Origin: Kiritimatiellia bacterium | GTDB lineage: Bacteria; Verrucomicrobiota; Kiritimatiellia; RFP12; UBA1067 | Direction of reading: 5' to 3' | Length of the DNA stretch: 64,000 bases | NCBI GenBank assembly: GCA_050949565.1 | Contig: JBMNFY010000015.1 | Coordinates: 32,001 to 96,000, forward strand | Shown: positions 31,283 through 40,161 of the stretch, piece after piece | How positions within the stretch are numbered: position 1 is the first letter of the stretch | Layout: every line of letters starts with the position of its first letter | Program-made: the position numbers and the translations under genes | Notes under the pieces: generated by a model | Database searches by the model: none | What the model was told of the DNA's origin: nothing | What the model saw: the letters and a program-made list of their open reading frames with translations, nothing else

Positions 31283-33820
31283 CTATTTCACTATGAACAT
31301 CGTACGCCGTGAAGGGCGGTACGCCGCCTCAACCGTGGCATTCTGGTTTGCCGTGAATGTCGCACGGTTGCCATCTGTTTTCGCGCCTTGCGGCAGCGCC
31401 ACCCAACGGTCGAAGGTGTAACCGGCAATAGGGCGAGCGGTTATCGTTACTGATTCCCCCGATGCGTAGGTACCTGTGCCCGCCACCGTTCCATACTCTG
31501 ACAACACCGCGCCCACGCGGTAGGTACCGAGGTAGGCCGCCACGTCGACCAGTCCGCAGATTTCGCCCTGCTTGTTGTTCGGGTCGGTCATTTTCACGTA
31601 ACGGATCCATTCGAAGCCGGATTCGGCCAAATCGAAACCCGTGCCGCCGGCCGATCCGTTGTACAAGCTGATGGCCCGCGCCGCGCTGATGTTGGTGATC
31701 CCGGCAGCGGCGAGCGCCGGATCGACCGGTTTCGTCCAGTCCATCTCTTGTGACGACCAATCGTGCGCCTCCCAATCCCACATGAATGGCTGCGTCGGCC
31801 ACAGCGTGTCACCGAACACGTTGGTGTAGGTGTACCAAGGCCCCTCCGCGTATTGCGCCACGCTCACGGTCACAGGCTCGCCGAAGGTGCCGCCGCCCCC
31901 AAACGTCGGGAGCATGTACGCCTCCAGATTACTGTTCGAATAAGTGAAGCCGCCGCCGGTGAAGAACGCATTGCCGTGGACGAGCAGATCAATGCCGTAT
32001 GGGTTACGCACATCGTTGCTGACCGCCTGCGCAAATTCCACAACGATCTGCCCGCCCTGTTTCAGTCCGCATCCGTTGTTCTGAAGTTGGGCGGCGGGCG
32101 CGCTCGCGTACGGTGTTCCGACAAGGGAAGCATTCGTCGTGCCCTTGTTCCAAGCGGGCCAGACCAGCGAGATCTCGCGGACCGATGCCCCCTGAGATGG
32201 CCACAGGTCGTCCTTGTCGGCAACGCAAGGCTTGCCGAGCACCGCCGCCGGATCTTTCCACATTGCGCTACTATGGTAGGGTCCGTTGGTTAGATCGGGC
32301 ACAAGTGCTGTCGCAAACGGATCGCGGAACACCGCCTCAATCGTGTGATCGGCGGTGACCGCAGTGAACGTATAGGACGCGACCGCCCCGACCGAGACGC
32401 CGTCCACGATTACATCGGCGATCTCCGGCCCGAAGGAGAAGGTCACGCTGCTGCCGTCCTCCACGCCTTGGTCGCGGCTCGGCCACATCGTGCCATAAGC
32501 TCCACAGGTCACATCGATCACATGTACCGGTGCTCCAAATGCGACCAGTGCGCCATCATTGCTGATGTAGTAGAGGTTGCCGTGATCCAACGCCGCATTG
32601 CCTCCGTTGGGCGACACCGTCGCCAAAACGGCACCCGTATCGGCATCCAGCATCCCGTACGAACCCGACTGGCTTCCTTTGGATCCGCCGGGGCAGTACA
32701 CCACGCGCTTCCCGGAACCGTTGTCTTCGGCATAGACGACCGAGGCGTTCCAGGTTCCCCATTCGTTGGCAGCCGTGCGCCAGACCTGCGTGGCGGTCGA
32801 TCCGTCAAAGCAAAAGGCGTAAGGACCGTCCTGCCACTCCGCACCGCAGACGTAGATACGTCCGTCGCCGCCCACCGCAGGCGTATAGTCCCCAGAAGGG
32901 GCGACGTCATCGCCCGAGTAGGCCACGGTCACACCGTTCACCGCGTCGCAAACCAACAATCCGGAGTAACCGTAAAAATCGTAACCGGCGGCGACAACCC
33001 GGCCGTGTACCGCGTCGTACGCGATCCCGCCGTAACAGGGGGGTTCGAAGCTGCCCGCGCTCACCCAGCGGAGAAGCCCCGTCAGCGCGTCGATAGCCGC
33101 GATGCCGCCGCGTCCTTCGGCCCAGCCACCTTCCGTGCCCACGGTCGTATAGATCAGACGCAGTGCCGGATTGTATGCCACCGCCCCCTGCCCCGGTCCC
33201 GTCAGGTCGAGCGTCCAAGCCGCCGTACCATCAGCGGTGTGGATCGCGTGCAGACGCGTGCCGCCGCCGAAACTGCCGTAGGTGTGCATATAGCACAGCC
33301 CGAGATCGTCGGCGATCGTAACGGCCGCGTTCACAACGGTCGCGTACGTTTCGCCAGAATCTTTCATTGTCGTCAGGTGATAGATCCAGCGCATCGCGCC
33401 GCTCTCCGCGTCCAGGCAGTAGACATATTCGCCCGACCCCATGTAGACCTTGCCACCGCTGGCCGACGGCGACGACCACGAGCCGAAAGAAGCGCTCGCA
33501 ACGGAGTTTGACCAAAGCAGCGAACCGTCCGACTCGCGGAACGTCAGAACAGCTCCCTTCGCGTTATAGCAAAAGATTTTACCTTCATCGACGACAGGAC
33601 CGGAAGTGTTGCCGAAACCGAAGGTCGAAGACCCCAAACCACTGCCCACCTGAAAGCGAGGCGACGTATAAACCGAGAGATCAGGACCGCGCGAGGCGCG
33701 TCCGTTATTGCCGTCGGTGGCATGGAACTGCTCCCAGCCTCCGGCGAAAACCGCCGGAACAAAAACGACCGCGCTCCAAAAGGCGAGAGAGGCGAGATAA
33801 GAAAACGACTGTGTGCGCAT
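31283..33820 (-). CDS. Secreted PQQ-like beta-propeller protein with BtuH-like domain and C-terminal Ig-like (InlB B-repeat-like) module
   Basis: Signal peptide from MRTQSFS with RBS AAGGAG; repeats such as YCLDAESGAMRW and AIDALTGLLRW; GGQIVVEFA..NPYGIDLLVHGNAF...GGTGFDL...WIRYVKM; GTY..GESVTITA.P..GYTFDRW. Confidence 0.7.
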   Translation of the reverse strand: MRTQSFSYLASLAFWSAVVFVPAVFAGGWEQFHATDGNNGRASRGPDLSVYTSPRFQVGSGLGSSTFGFGNTSGPVVDEGKIFCYNAKGAVLTFRESDGSLLWSNSVASASFGSWSSPSASGGKVYMGSGEYVYCLDAESGAMRWIYHLTTMKDSGETYATVVNAAVTIADDLGLCYMHTYGSFGGGTRLHAIHTADGTAAWTLDLTGPGQGAVAYNPALRLIYTTVGTEGGWAEGRGGIAAIDALTGLLRWVSAGSFEPPCYGGIAYDAVHGRVVAAGYDFYGYSGLLVCDAVNGVTVAYSGDDVAPSGDYTPAVGGDGRIYVCGAEWQDGPYAFCFDGSTATQVWRTAANEWGTWNASVVYAEDNGSGKRVVYCPGGSKGSQSGSYGMLDADTGAVLATVSPNGGNAALDHGNLYYISNDGALVAFGAPVHVIDVTCGAYGTMWPSRDQGVEDGSSVTFSFGPEIADVIVDGVSVGAVASYTFTAVTADHTIEAVFRDPFATALVPDLTNGPYHSSAMWKDPAAVLGKPCVADKDDLWPSQGASVREISLVWPAWNKGTTNASLVGTPYASAPAAQLQNNGCGLKQGGQIVVEFAQAVSNDVRNPYGIDLLVHGNAFFTGGGFTYSNSNLEAYMLPTFGGGGTFGEPVTVSVAQYAEGPWYTYTNVFGDTLWPTQPFMWDWEAHDWSSQEMDWTKPVDPALAAAGITNISAARAISLYNGSAGGTGFDLAESGFEWIRYVKMTDPNNKQGEICGLVDVAAYLGTYRVGAVLSEYGTVAGTGTYASGESVTITARPIAGYTFDRWVALPQGAKTDGNRATFTANQNATVEAAYRPSRRTMFIVK

Positions 33821-33846
33821 GTTAAAAACTCCTTCTTTAAACGGAA

Positions 33847-33882
33847 AGGCCTCCACAATCCCGGGAAAGGGAAGTGAAGGCC
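33847..33882 (-). terminator. Hairpin of the expression platform of the downstream riboswitch
   Basis: Minus strand GGCCTTCAC-loop-GTGGAGGCC followed by TTTCCGTTT just ahead of the RBS. Confidence 0.5.
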
Positions 33883-33947
33883 CGCATAAGGCAATTCGCT
33901 TCCCCTCTTGACGCGAGAGAGGGGACATCCTTCCGGATGTCCGCATG

Positions 33948-34099
33948 CCGTGGAAAGCTCGTCTTCTGACTTCCGGCCTCAAGCCTTCCTCCCGTCTTCC
34001 CCCGCTCGAAGGCGGAGTGACACAGTGGGAGATCGTAGCCGGTTACAGCGGCGCGACCGCGTCCGATTCTCACGGACTTCCGTTCGCTTTCCACCGAAT
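33948..34099 (-). promoter_or_regulatory. Cobalamin riboswitch (downstream copy)
   Basis: Minus strand GGGAAGTCCGTGAGAATCGGACGCGGTCGCGCCGCTGTAAC...GTCACT...GGGAAGACG...GAAGTCAGAAGAC (B12 box). Confidence 0.92.
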
Positions 34100-34151
34100 C
34101 TGTTATCGCCCAGTCTCTAGATGCACCCTCCGCGCGGCTGATGGCCGCACA

Positions 34152-34198
34152 ACAAAACAAAAAAGCCTTCAAACCGCCGCAAAAGGGGATTGAAGGCT
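34152..34198 (-). terminator. Intrinsic terminator between the two riboswitches
   Basis: Minus strand AGCCTTCAA-loop-TTGAAGGCT followed by TTTTTGTTTTG. Confidence 0.8.
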
Positions 34199-34256
34199 CT
34201 CTGACAAAATCCAGAAAACGCCAACACCCTCTTCCGCGGAAGGTTGTTAAGCTCAG

Positions 34257-34402
34257 CGGGAAGGCTCGTCTTCTGGCTTACGGCATCCGATCTACTCCCG
34301 CGTCTTCCCGCCCTGAAGGACAGTGACTTTTCAGGTTTCGTAGCCGATTACAGCGGCGCGACCGCGTCCGATTCTCACAGACTTCCGTTCGCCTTCCCAC
34401 TT
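34257..34402 (-). promoter_or_regulatory. Cobalamin riboswitch (upstream copy)
   Basis: Minus strand GGAAGTCTGTGAGAATCGGACGCGGTCGCGCCGCTGTAAT...GTCACTG...GGGAAGACG...TAAGCCAGAAGAC. Confidence 0.92.
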
Positions 34403-34419
34403 TTCCAATGAATGTGTGG

Positions 34420-34448
34420 AACGTATCTCTTTTTTTCGAATTTGTCAA
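34420..34448 (-). promoter_or_regulatory. Sigma70-like promoter of the B12 operon
   Basis: Minus strand TTGACA-N17-TACGTT directly upstream of the first riboswitch. Confidence 0.6.
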
Positions 34449-34540
34449 TCGGCGCTTGCCCAGGATGACAAAAAAACATAAAGTGTCACTTTGTTATCAA
34501 CCGAAAGCGATTTCACTTGAAACCTGACGACGATAGAGGA

Positions 34541-34633
34541 TCTTGCAAAATCCCTTGCTTACAGGTGTGGCACGGGCATCTTGCCCGTGTTTCATGGGCG
34601 GGACGCCCATGTCACGAGGGGCTTTTCAAGAGC
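34541..34633. mobile_element. Second copy of the MITE/REP composite (inverted)
   Basis: TCTTGCAAAATCC...GTGGCACGGGCATCTTGCCCGTG..CATGGGCGGGACGCCCATG...TTTTCAAGAGCC. Confidence 0.75.
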
Positions 34634-34663
34634 CGACAATAGACAATAAGAAAGAGGCTTATC

Positions 34664-35962
34664 ATGTCGCCACGTCGCGTCTTCGCGCTGATTATGCTGG
34701 CCACGTTCGCATACTCAACTTCCACCCTCGCCGCAGGTTTCGGACTATACGAAGCCAGCGCGCGCGGTAACGCCATGGGCGGCGTGCTGGTCGGTGACAC
34801 CGGCGACGCTTCCGCCAACTACTACAATCCTGCGAACATGACCGACCTCAGCGGCACGCACACGCTGTTAGGTGTGACGGCCATCCACCCGATGCTGGAC
34901 GTCACCGCCAACGGCGAGAAGAACAATCTCGACTCCGGTTGGTTTGCGCCGCCCCACGCATATGTCACCCAGCAACTCACAGACGACTGGTTCATCGGCT
35001 TTGGCCTCTACACAGAATACGGCTTGGGCACGAAATACGACAACGACTGGAACCTGAAGTGGAGCAGCACCGAAACCACGCTGGAAACGATCACGCTCAA
35101 TCCCAATCTTGCCTACAAGGTCACTGATCGCCTTTCGGTCGCCGCAGGTCTGCGCGTGATGTATCTGGACTTTGAGCACTGCAAGACTCCTTACGACAAC
35201 GAGACGATCGGTGCGTTGCCGCCTCCTTACCCACCGTTGCCGGTGATCGGCAGTATGCGTACTCGCGTCAAGGGCGACTCCTGGGGATACGGATACAATC
35301 TCGGCGTGTCCTACAAAATCCTGGACAATCTGGACGCCGGTTTCGTCTACCGCTCACGCGTACGCCACACCGTGAAGGGCGACGTCGATGTCAACAGTTC
35401 GGCGCACACGACAGCGCCGGTCGCCATCCCCAACCCCCTGCCACACGGCAGCGCCTCGGCGCGCGGCGAGATCGAACTGCCGCCTTCCTGGACCGCCGGT
35501 CTGAACTATCGCCCGATCGAACGCCTCAACATCGGCCTCGCCGCGATCTACACCGAATGGAGCACCTACGACGATTTGACGATGACCTTCGGCCCCACGC
35601 TCAGCAACCACACCAAGCTGCAGCGCTCCTCTGAACCGAAGAATTGGAAAGACGTCTGGCGCCTCGGTCTCGGCACCGAATACCTGCTTACTGAACGCTG
35701 GTCGATACAGGGCGGCTACGTCTACGATATGGATCCCATCAACAAGAGTCATACCGACACCATGCTTCCCCCCGGTGACCGCCACATCTTCAGCACTGGC
35801 GTCGGTTACACGGTCAACACTTGGACCTTCAACGGCAGCTACGGTCTCATCATGATGAAGAGCTGCTCACGCAACATCAGCAACGGCAACAAGAGCGCGA
35901 GCGTCGATTTCGACGACGGCTTCGCTCATCTGATCGCCCTCTCGGTCGCCAAAAGCTTTTAG
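34664..35962 (+). CDS. fadL: FadL/OmpP1 family outer-membrane transporter
   Basis: AAGFGLYEASARGNAMGG, DASANYYNPA hatch motif, YGLGTKY, NWKDVW, terminal F. Confidence 0.9.
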   Translation: MSPRRVFALIMLATFAYSTSTLAAGFGLYEASARGNAMGGVLVGDTGDASANYYNPANMTDLSGTHTLLGVTAIHPMLDVTANGEKNNLDSGWFAPPHAYVTQQLTDDWFIGFGLYTEYGLGTKYDNDWNLKWSSTETTLETITLNPNLAYKVTDRLSVAAGLRVMYLDFEHCKTPYDNETIGALPPPYPPLPVIGSMRTRVKGDSWGYGYNLGVSYKILDNLDAGFVYRSRVRHTVKGDVDVNSSAHTTAPVAIPNPLPHGSASARGEIELPPSWTAGLNYRPIERLNIGLAAIYTEWSTYDDLTMTFGPTLSNHTKLQRSSEPKNWKDVWRLGLGTEYLLTERWSIQGGYVYDMDPINKSHTDTMLPPGDRHIFSTGVGYTVNTWTFNGSYGLIMMKSCSRNISNGNKSASVDFDDGFAHLIALSVAKSF

Positions 35963-36444
35963 CCCCGTACCAGCGCTCGCACTGCCCAGAAGATAAAGAG
36001 ACCGCACGCCGCCAATTTGAGCACGGTGCCAGCCAGGAAACCCAGAAACGCGCCGAATCCAGCCTTCAGGGCGGAATATCCGCCGCGTCCGCCCAGCCAT
36101 TCACCGCACACCGCGCCCAAAAACGAACCGGTGACAAAGCCGAATGGCGGGAAGAAAACAAGTCCGATCGCCGACCCCAACACACAACCCCAGACACCCC
36201 AGCGCGTTCCACCCCAGTGCCGCGTGCCGGCCACCGGTACCACTGTATCCGCCACTTGAACCGCGATCACCAGCACCAACCCGAATACCAACGCGCTCAC
36301 ACTCAATTCGACCCGCGTCGTCAGATGCAGTACCAACAGTCCGGCGTACGCCAGCGGCGGTCCCGGCAACACCGGCAGCAGGCAGCCCGCCAAACCGAGC
36401 ACCATGAGAAGCATGCACAGAGCGATCAGTAGCCCATCCGTCAT
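35959..36444 (-). CDS. DUF456 family membrane protein
   Basis: GLAGCLLPVLPGPPL, GGTRWGVWG, GAVCGE, GAFLG. Confidence 0.85.
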   Translation of the reverse strand: MTDGLLIALCMLLMVLGLAGCLLPVLPGPPLAYAGLLVLHLTTRVELSVSALVFGLVLVIAVQVADTVVPVAGTRHWGGTRWGVWGCVLGSAIGLVFFPPFGFVTGSFLGAVCGEWLGGRGGYSALKAGFGAFLGFLAGTVLKLAACGLFIFWAVRALVRG

Positions 36445-36475
36445 ACGCGCTGTTCTCCGTCAATCCACACGAGGT

Positions 36476-36626
36476 TCTCGCCAAACTCTTTGTTTGCAGG
36501 TGTGGCACGGGCATCTTGCCCGTGCTTCATGGGCGGGACGCCCATGCCACAGGGCGGTGTGGCACGGGCATCTTGCCCGTGCTTCATGGGCGGGACGCCC
36601 ATGCCACGAGGGGTTTTTCAAGAGCC
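36476..36626. mobile_element. Third MITE/REP composite copy with internal 57-bp tandem duplication; supplies the pdxB 3' end
   Basis: GGTGTGGCACGGGCATCTTGCCCGTGCTTCATGGGCGGGACGCCCATGCCAC at 36499 and 36556; terminal TTTTTCAAGAGCC. Confidence 0.85.
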
Positions 36627-37774
36627 TCCACACGAAAACCCAGTCCGGCGATCTTCGCCAGCAACGCATCCGAGGCGTGCGCCACCTGCACCCGTGTGGA
36701 AGCGAACTCGCGACGCATCGGGTAACGGCTGCGTTGCGCATCAAACGCCGCAGCCCGCGCGGCATCATCGGCCACGCACGAATCCGCGAGACGCCGCGAA
36801 TCAGCCTCGATGTCGTACACCGCCAGCACCAGTTCGCGTAGCACATCCTCATCGGTGCGCCCCGCCGCATCGCCACGCCACAGCGGCAACGGCGGCTCCG
36901 GCAATGTGAACGGATAGGTGGCTGGCACACCGAGAAAATCGCAGGCGCGCCGATAGACAATCGCTGTGCCGTTCACCTTGCCCTCGTACGCATGCCCCGC
37001 GATGTGCGGGGTCGACAACGCGGTACGCGTCAGCAGTTCTGGACGGTAGGCCGGCTCGCCCTCCCAACAGTCGATCACCGCGTGCGACACATGACCGCTA
37101 TCCAAAGCCGCCAGCAGCGCATCGGTCGCGACCACCGGACCGCGCGCCGCATTGATGAGCACCGCGCCTGGACGCAGGCGCGCGAGCCGCGCCGCATCCA
37201 AAAGATGGAAGGTAGCATCTTGTCCGTCGCGCGTGAGCGGCACATGACAGGTGATGACATCCGACTCCTCCAACACGCGTTCAAGCGAAACGAACGCGGC
37301 GGCCTCGGCGTCAGCCGGATCACGCTGGCGCGGCGGATCATTGGCCAACACGTGCATCCCGAGCGCCCGCGCATGCACGCAAACCCGGCGACCGACATTC
37401 CCCACGCCGATCACCCCCAGCGTACGGCCCGCGAGCGTCAATCCGGTCCGTCCGCCCAGCCAGAGCAATGCCGCCGTGATGTAAGTCGCGACACTCTCCG
37501 CATTGCAACCCGGTGCGCCGGTCCAGACAATACCGCGCGACGCCAAGTAGGGAATGTCGATGTGGTCGGTTCCGATCACGCCCGATCCATAGAAGCGTAC
37601 CGCGCTGCCGTCAAGCAGCCCGGCGTTGATCCGCGTGGTCGAGCGCGTGATCAGAAGTTCGGCGTCACGTACGTCATCGGCCGCGATCTGGCGACCGTCC
37701 TTGAGCATCACCTTGCCCAGCGTGCCGAATGCCTCAGCGGCATAGGGCATGTTTTTATCGCACACGATTTTCAT
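36584..37774 (-). CDS. pdxB: 4-phosphoerythronate dehydrogenase
   Basis: MKIVCDKNMP, GTDHID, APGCNAESV, GVGNVG, INAARG, DCWEGEP, TPHIAG, R..YPMRRE. Confidence 0.95.
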   Translation of the reverse strand: MKIVCDKNMPYAAEAFGTLGKVMLKDGRQIAADDVRDAELLITRSTTRINAGLLDGSAVRFYGSGVIGTDHIDIPYLASRGIVWTGAPGCNAESVATYITAALLWLGGRTGLTLAGRTLGVIGVGNVGRRVCVHARALGMHVLANDPPRQRDPADAEAAAFVSLERVLEESDVITCHVPLTRDGQDATFHLLDAARLARLRPGAVLINAARGPVVATDALLAALDSGHVSHAVIDCWEGEPAYRPELLTRTALSTPHIAGHAYEGKVNGTAIVYRRACDFLGVPATYPFTLPEPPLPLWRGDAAGRTDEDVLRELVLAVYDIEADSRRLADSCVADDAARAAAFDAQRSRYPMRREFASTRVQVAHASDALLAKIAGLGFRVEALEKPLVAWASRP

Positions 37775-37800
37775 AGCGTTCCCCGGAAAGGTCAGTCCCA

Positions 37801-38835
37801 TCAAAAGAAACTCATGCTGGTCTTCTTAAACTCCTTGACCGAGAGCAACACCTGTCCGTCCGCCAGGCCCGCCTCACGTGTCAGACGCTCATAGAGTTGC
37901 TGCGTCTTAAGCCACTCCGACGTATGGATCATGGCGTAGAGCCGGAAGGGAAAGATGTCCATGCGCGGTCTTTCGTAACAATGGGTGACCTCCGGGAACG
38001 CCGCCACCCGGCGCCCTGCCGCCGCCACCTCTTCCTCCGGCATATCCCAGCAGCACATGCCGTTCGCCTTAAATCCGATCTTGCGGTGGCGTAGCAATAG
38101 TCCGAAACGACGCAGCACGCCGGACGTCTGCCAATCACGGAGCCGTTCGAGAAGGTCTCCCTCTGTCATGTCGAGTTGTTCCGCAGCGTCCTTGTAGATA
38201 CGCGCGCTGACCGGCACATCTCCCGCTAGCGTGCGCACAATCGCACGATCCTTTTCACTCAGCGCGACAGTACAGGTGGACTCGCCGCGTACCGGCGGCA
38301 AACGCGACTCCACCCGCTCATCGCGGTCGCGCGTGCGGAGATCAAAGACCACATCGATCTTAAATCGCCGCGTGGCCGGCAGTTCATGGATGCCGTACGG
38401 TTGGCATGCGGTACGCAACCGCTGCAATTCATCAGCAAAATCCGCACCCGGCGCGGCTAACGTAAACCACAGATTCGGCCAACTCCGGTCGCCCGGGCCG
38501 CCCGGTAGATCACGTGGCAACTCCTCCGGCCAACCGCGCTCATAGGCGTGGGTTACACCGCGCACGGCCGACACCTTCTCCGCCACATCCGCCAGCCGGA
38601 CACGCGGCACCGTCATGGCACACAACGCACTACGGTAACCCAGACGACGCGTATCAAAAACCGCCCCAAAGCGGCGCGCTTCACCCGATGCCAACAACCG
38701 CCGCACCAACGCCAGCACCGCCTCTTCAGAAAGCCCGCACAGCGCACCCGTCTCTGCGAACGGTCGTTCTGTCAGCGCGACGCCGCGTTGAAGTGCCACC
38801 AGCGCCGCCGCCTCCTGTTCACTGAAATCAAGCAT
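37801..38835 (-). CDS. Fused siroheme decarboxylase AhbA/AhbB (NirD/L/G/H-like)
   Basis: Two Lrp/AsnC-like halves: RRFGAVFD..LGY.S.L..VTHAYER..NLWFT and GVLRRFG..LRHRKIGF.ANGM..VTHCYER..LYAMIH..EFKKTS. Confidence 0.85.
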   Translation of the reverse strand: MLDFSEQEAAALVALQRGVALTERPFAETGALCGLSEEAVLALVRRLLASGEARRFGAVFDTRRLGYRSALCAMTVPRVRLADVAEKVSAVRGVTHAYERGWPEELPRDLPGGPGDRSWPNLWFTLAAPGADFADELQRLRTACQPYGIHELPATRRFKIDVVFDLRTRDRDERVESRLPPVRGESTCTVALSEKDRAIVRTLAGDVPVSARIYKDAAEQLDMTEGDLLERLRDWQTSGVLRRFGLLLRHRKIGFKANGMCCWDMPEEEVAAAGRRVAAFPEVTHCYERPRMDIFPFRLYAMIHTSEWLKTQQLYERLTREAGLADGQVLLSVKEFKKTSMSFF

Positions 38836-38953
38836 TATCCCTCTCCGAGTCAGGTCGAAAATCGCTTTACAGTAGCAAAAGCGCGGGAGCGTGTCCAAAT
38901 CCGCTCAGCCCCCCCTTTGCTTGTTTTTGTCGTACCTATCGCGCCGTAAGGCA

Positions 38954-39817
38954 CTAACGGCCAAAAGCGTCGGCCGGCAAAAACGGAAACAGCCAGCTCT
39001 GCTCCTCCGGCGTGGGCTGATAACCGTATTCGCTCAGCTCGTAAGCTTCGGCGTAACGTATGCGTTCGGCCTCGGCCTTACCGTACACCTCCACGAGCCG
39101 CGCACGGAACCTTTGCGCGTCATAACTTTTACGCGGCACCATCCAGTGCTTCATGATGAACGCTTTCCGCCCCTCGCGGTCATCCGGCGGCGGCAGCTCT
39201 GCTCCAAGCCCCTTGTCAAACACCAGCCACTCGAAAAACTGTGACTCGTGCGAACAGAGCGCCTCGATCAATTGCTCCATGACATCATCAATGCGCAGGA
39301 TGACGTCGGGCCGCAGTTCAGACGGCTTGCGGAAAGAATCACGCAGAAAATAAATCGCGGGCTTGACCGAAGGTATCGGCGTTTCCGGACACCACAGCGG
39401 CACGCCCAACAAATAGGCGGAGTCCATCACCAACGTGCCGACCGCCCTGTGGTCAGCATGGTAATCGCACGTGCGATGCGTAATAACCAAGTGAGGCGCG
39501 AACCCTCGGATGAGGCGCGTCACCTCTTTACGCATCTCGAGCGTCACCTCTAGCTCACAGTCATGGTGATTGAGAACCCGGTACTCGTCGACGCCCAGGA
39601 TCGTCTTCGACCGCTGCGCCTCCTGATACCGCCGCGCGGCGAGCGCCTCCGGCGACATCGACATGTGCCCCTTGTCGCCATTGCACATTGAGACGAGCTT
39701 TACCGTCGCCCCGACCTTCACAAAGTTCAGAGCCAGTCCGCCGCCCGTGATGTCCGGATCATCCGGATGCGCCCCGATGATCATCACCCGTAAATCTTGT
39801 GGTTCGACTTTTTTCAT
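38954..39817 (-). CDS. PIG-L family deacetylase
   Basis: GAHPDDPD, NGDKGH, THR..DYHADH, SHESQ. Confidence 0.92.
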   Translation of the reverse strand: MKKVEPQDLRVMIIGAHPDDPDITGGGLALNFVKVGATVKLVSMCNGDKGHMSMSPEALAARRYQEAQRSKTILGVDEYRVLNHHDCELEVTLEMRKEVTRLIRGFAPHLVITHRTCDYHADHRAVGTLVMDSAYLLGVPLWCPETPIPSVKPAIYFLRDSFRKPSELRPDVILRIDDVMEQLIEALCSHESQFFEWLVFDKGLGAELPPPDDREGRKAFIMKHWMVPRKSYDAQRFRARLVEVYGKAEAERIRYAEAYELSEYGYQPTPEEQSWLFPFLPADAFGR

Positions 39818-39876
39818 ACCCTACCCCATCGTTCAAGGCACTAAGCGAGCTGCACCCGCTTCTTGTCTCGTTGATA

Positions 39877-40161
39877 TTACACCTTCTCTGCCGCCTTTTG
39901 AAGCCTGTGATTGCGATAGAAAAAAGCGAGGTCGGTACCGACCATCACCAGATTGAAGAGATAGAGCCAGACCGCACCGTCAACCCGTTCCTGCCAGAAC
40001 AATTTATGGCAAAGACCGAAGACATAACCGGCAAAGACAATCAGCATGAAAAACAGGCTCTTGCCTTTATTTGTCCGCGACCGCCACGATTTCAAAATCG
40101 AAACCGGCCAAGCCGCACCGAAACAAACCAGCATCATCGCCTCAAAAACCGGAAACCGCAT
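39877..40161 (-). CDS. Small 3-TM membrane protein (PQ-loop/SemiSWEET-like)
   Basis: FEAMMLVCFGAAWPVSILKSWRSR..KGKS; three hydrophobic segments. Confidence 0.65.
   Translation of the reverse strand: MRFPVFEAMMLVCFGAAWPVSILKSWRSRTNKGKSLFFMLIVFAGYVFGLCHKLFWQERVDGAVWLYLFNLVMVGTDLAFFYRNHRLQKAAEKV

Noticed and set aside
33821-33982. N-terminal extension of the 899-aa ORF
   Set aside because: Overlaps the riboswitch and expression platform; RBS and signal peptide support the start at 33820
34664-35962. FadL as the missing B12 outer-membrane transporter
   Set aside because: Divergently transcribed and outside riboswitch control; FadL channels carry hydrophobic substrates, so adjacency alone is insufficient
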